From Podarcis cretensis (Eukaryota): DNA of 64,000 bases. Where the stretch lies: the NCBI GenBank assembly GCA_951804945.1, contig OX638153.1, positions 72,168,001-72,232,000 of the forward strand, written 5' to 3'. The notes under the pieces are model-generated. The model saw only the letters and a program-made list of their open reading frames with translations, was not told the origin of the DNA and did not search any database. This document shows, piece by piece, positions 60,577 to 64,000 of the stretch; the first letter of the stretch is position 1, and each line of letters starts with the position of its first letter. The translations under genes and the position numbers were made by a program.

Positions 60577-61168
60577 ATCTTACGATGTGCAAATCATTAT
60601 AATTATCAACTGCAGGAGAAATAAACTATTCATATTAAGAAGCCTGAAACCGGGAGGGATGGAAGTCAATAGATGTGTAGAAGAATGATTAAAATACTTA
60701 AAGATATAAAGATATAAATGAGAAGACAAAGAAGCGTAATGGAAATCGACATTGTTTATACGTTATGTTTTGATATTTATTTAGTTTTCTTTTTTGTGTG
60801 TGTTGGGGTTTTTTACAACTGTTGTAACCGTTGATTTGTTTTTCTTTTTGGTGATCTAATGTGAAAATTAATAAAAAGAATTAAAAAAAAAAGAGAAAAG
60901 TAACCAGTGGCAACTCACAAAGTGATGGGACTGCTTCTCTGGTTTGAGCAGGATGGAGGATCACCGTTCACTCCATTTCTTCAGTCCCGCACCCCATGTC
61001 TTTCACTCACTCAACACATCTTGTTTGATCTCCATTACGTACTGCTCTCTACAGTCATACACACCTTCACTTATTCTTCCCTCTGTGTACACATATCACC
61101 CAACTTTTTCACATACTAAGCTACACATCCCATTCTTTACCTTCACAAATGCACCTACCAATCCATCA

Positions 61169-61197
61169 ACACACACACACACACACACACACACACA
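61169..61197. repeat. (CA)n microsatellite
   Basis: Read directly from sequence. Confidence 0.9.
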
Positions 61198-62089
61198 GCT
61201 CATACCCCAGTTGCACACAAATACCCAACACAACCAGGAAGGGTACCACAAGCCCTTTTAAATCACATCAAATTCATCCAACTTTGAAAGATAATCACCT
61301 TTCTAAATCAACTTCATCTCAGCAAGGGCTAGGAAGGTGTCAGCAACATTCAAAGGACTATCCCACAAGGGAACTTCATTTGCATGTCAACATTCCCAGC
61401 TCCTCACCTTTAAAGACAGGCAAAGTCTTCAAGCACAGTTTGGGCAACTTCCTCACAAGGATGTTCCAGCTCTGAAATTCCTGCACTGAGCAGAAGGCTG
61501 GGCAGGAAGATCTACAACAGAGATGTTGTTGGACTCTAACACTCTCAAGGAGTGTAAAATCACATTTAACCCTCAAGCAAACCACCCTGGGCTTCTTGGA
61601 GGAGGGGCCAGATAAAAATGTGATAGATCAGAGATAGATCAACCCCAGCCAGCAAGGAAATCCAGTAACATCTGGAGAGTGTTTGGTTCCCCACTCCTGT
61701 GACAGGCAGAATTGTGTGTGAATGTACCTTAAGTTTATAATGCCAGAGTGGGAGGTGATCAATGCCTCCTGAGCCCAGCTGAGCCTGTAATCTGCTGGAT
61801 GAGCTGGAGATCTGCTGCACCTTAAACAGCTCATCCCAATGGATCTTACCATAGGATTGCCCCTCAATGAAGAACTTTTTATGCAGGGGAGAAAGGAGAA
61901 TACAGTAGGCAGGGAAAGGTGAATGAAATTGAGTGCATGGAACCCTGAACCAAAGCACTGCACAATGAAACACTCCTGTTGCAGGACCCAACTTGTATGG
62001 TGAATTCACAATGGACATTGCAACATGCCGATGAATTCCCATATCACAAAGAAATAATTATCAGTAATTTTCTACACGTAGACAAATAT

Positions 62090-62095
62090 TTTAAT
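62090..62095 (-). terminator. Candidate DOCK10 polyadenylation signal (ATTAAA)
   Basis: tttaat on +, about 470 nt downstream of the DOCK10 stop in AU-rich sequence. Confidence 0.35.
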
Positions 62096-62565
62096 ATAAT
62101 TGTATCTGAAACGTTATCCACATTTTAGTAATTATTAACTAAAAACTTTGTAAAAATGACATATTTTACACATCTTCTATTTACAATCGCAATATTCTTA
62201 AAGGTTATAAAACATCCACTTTTGACTTTTAAAATATATGTATACTAGGACTTGTATTAGATTATATTATCATTTACAGCAAGCGTAAGGCTTGTTGAGA
62301 AACCGAACTTTCAATGGAAATATCACGTTCAGTCTGTTTAATAAAGGCTGAACCATAATAAAGAAAACCATAGGAAATGTGCAAATATCAGGAAAGGCAA
62401 GAACATTAAAAATATCAAACTTACAATTAAAAAAAACAAAACACTGAAAATGTTCAATAAATTAAAACAATGCACCACGTTTAATTTTCATGGGATCCAT
62501 CATGATTTTGCTTATTCAGAATAATCCCAGTTTTCTAGCAATCCGTCGAAAGTCAATTTCAGTCA

Positions 62566-62685
62566 TCAAATGTCAGCACTGGAGGCAATCAGCGGCCCAG
62601 GTGGGCCTGTGATTGTTCTACTGATTGCATGGGAATAAGTTGGTTCCGCTCCTTGCTGCTTTGCCGAATCCTCCTTGTACGTGAT
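62566..62685 (-). CDS. DOCK10: Dedicator of cytokinesis 10, last coding exon (rest of gene lies beyond the window end)
   Basis: ttctttaaaag| ITYKEDSAKQQGAEPTYSHAISRTITGPPGPLIASSADI TGA; resembles the human DOCK10 C-terminus (ITGRDDLSKRGVDQTCTRVISKATPALPTVSISSSAEV, recalled); followed by an AU-rich 3'UTR; syntenic with CCDC195. Confidence 0.8.
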   Translation of the reverse strand: MTYKEDSAKQQGAEPTYSHAISRTITGPPGPLIASSADI

Positions 62686-63029
62686 CTTTTAAAGAACAAG
62701 TTTTTTAAAAAGACTTATGAGATGCAGAAAAACTGGCAGAAATCAATACAATTGCACTATATTAAACACAGTTGTTCCAAAATATAACTTTCCAAGGATC
62801 GTACTGGATGGCAGTTACTGCCATATGAAAAGGAAGGCAAGCATGGGGCCTTTTGCCACCTTGCTCATTCCTCCCCCAGCCCCCTTCTGGAATCCTGTAA
62901 GGTGGAATGCTCCCTGAATAGAAAGCGGAAAGCAAAACACACTAACACCACCCCCCTGCCAAAAAAACCCTGCCCTGATTCCAACTTTGGTTCTGTCTTT
63001 GTAACATCACCATGCTGCTTCTGCTACAG

Positions 63030-63480
63030 AGAGAGGTTCAAGGTTCTTATATTAATTTACAAAGCCCTGAACAACTTAGGTCCAGGGTATCTTCAGGCGA
63101 TGTCTGAATACTTCCTTATATTCCCAGCTCCATCACTGAGATAATCTGCAGGAGCCTTGTTGGTCATTTCCCAAATTGGTGATGCTCATTTGACAACAAG
63201 AAGAAACCGGTCCAGCATTGTGGAATACTCTGCCAATAGAGATTCAGCAGGTGCCTTTTGTACTACCCTTTAAATGCCTACTGGAAACTTCTCTATTCTG
63301 CCAGGCCTATGTGGGCAATTAAGAAGATCACTTTCCACATTGGTTCATTGATGTCTGGGTTTTTAAATATTTTTATATGTTTTTTGTTGCAGGTTTAATG
63401 TATCATTGCTGTAAATAACTTGGGCATTTTTCTTTTTGTGATGTAACAGTATAATAACAACAATAACAATAACAACAACA
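63030..63480 (+). mobile_element. Old L2 3' fragment in a DOCK10 intron
   Basis: FKVLILIYKALNNLGPGYL L2 motif; (AAC)n tail. Confidence 0.65.
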
Positions 63481-63788
63481 ATAAAAAACATGATTGCTAT
63501 GGCACTTCTATATCTCAAAACATGTATATGAATCTGGTTTGCTGTGATTACAGGTCACATTTACCAAGTTAGGTAAAAATAATTGTGTTTGTGGGGCACA
63601 AATGTTCAAAAGAAATATTAATGCAAGTGAGAAGTGTGTGTATTAAAAAATAAACATAGGAAATGGGCCTCAGTTATAAGTCCGCAAAGGCCTAAACCAG
63701 AGTACACTGTATCCTATCCTTACATTTCTCTCTGATCCCATATTATGTCCTAAGCTCTTTAAAGGAAATGGTGACTCATGCCCATTCC

Positions 63789-63910
63789 CAGTGCTATTTT
63801 TCTAGAAAAAGAGGTGCTGGAGCTCACCACAAACTTTCCCCTTATTCTCTTATGTCAATGGCATCCATCTGAGAGGTTTCGGAGCTGAGCTCTGGCTGAA
63901 AAAAGCCTTG
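63789..63910. mobile_element. Small hAT MITE
   Basis: 8-bp TSD CCCATTCC at 63781-63788 and 63911-63918; CAGTGCTATTTT ... AAAAGCCTTG. Confidence 0.7.
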
Positions 63911-64000
63911 CCCATTCCTATGCTACAAGAATCGAAACAGAGATGATGTCCTAAGTAGACAGTAAAAGTTGGGCTACACAGAAGACTAGCCAAGTGAGGA

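Larger units (their letters stand above)
53328..60892 (+). mobile_element. Full-length L1 (LINE-1) retrotransposon, ORF2 inactivated
   Basis: 19-bp TSD GAGAAAAGTAACCAGTGGC at 53309-53327 and 60893-60911; CpG-rich 5' end; ORF1, EN-RT ORF2, AATAAA and A-tail. Confidence 0.97.

Overview
Vertebrate (squamate, probably lacertid lizard, inferred from Sauria SINEs and reptile L1/L2/CR1/Penelope repeats) genomic DNA. It holds three protein-coding loci reconstructed by hand from GT-AG exons. (1) A complete 16-exon soluble guanylate cyclase beta-2-type gene on + (CDS 10708-30845, 778 aa: H-NOX, PAS/coiled-coil, cyclase, C-terminal CaaX 'CNLL'), starting in a CpG island with a split REST/RE1 site. (2) The 3-exon CCDC195 gene on - (34416-39874, 219 aa). 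(3) The last coding exon of DOCK10 on - (62566-62685). A full-length 7.6 kb L1 (53328-60892, 19-bp TSD, intact ORF1, ORF2 broken by a stop, a nested Sauria SINE and a deletion) lies between CCDC195 and DOCK10. Many MITEs, SINEs and LINE fragments fill introns and intergenic DNA. Main hypothesis: the cyclase sits in the CCDC195-DOCK10 block (human 2q36), not at the mammalian GUCY1B2 locus (13q14). It is therefore probably a whole-genome-duplication paralogue lost in mammals, predicted to be an NO-type, homodimer-competent, prenylated, REST-regulated cGMP enzyme. Almost all short ORFs in the supplied track are spurious.
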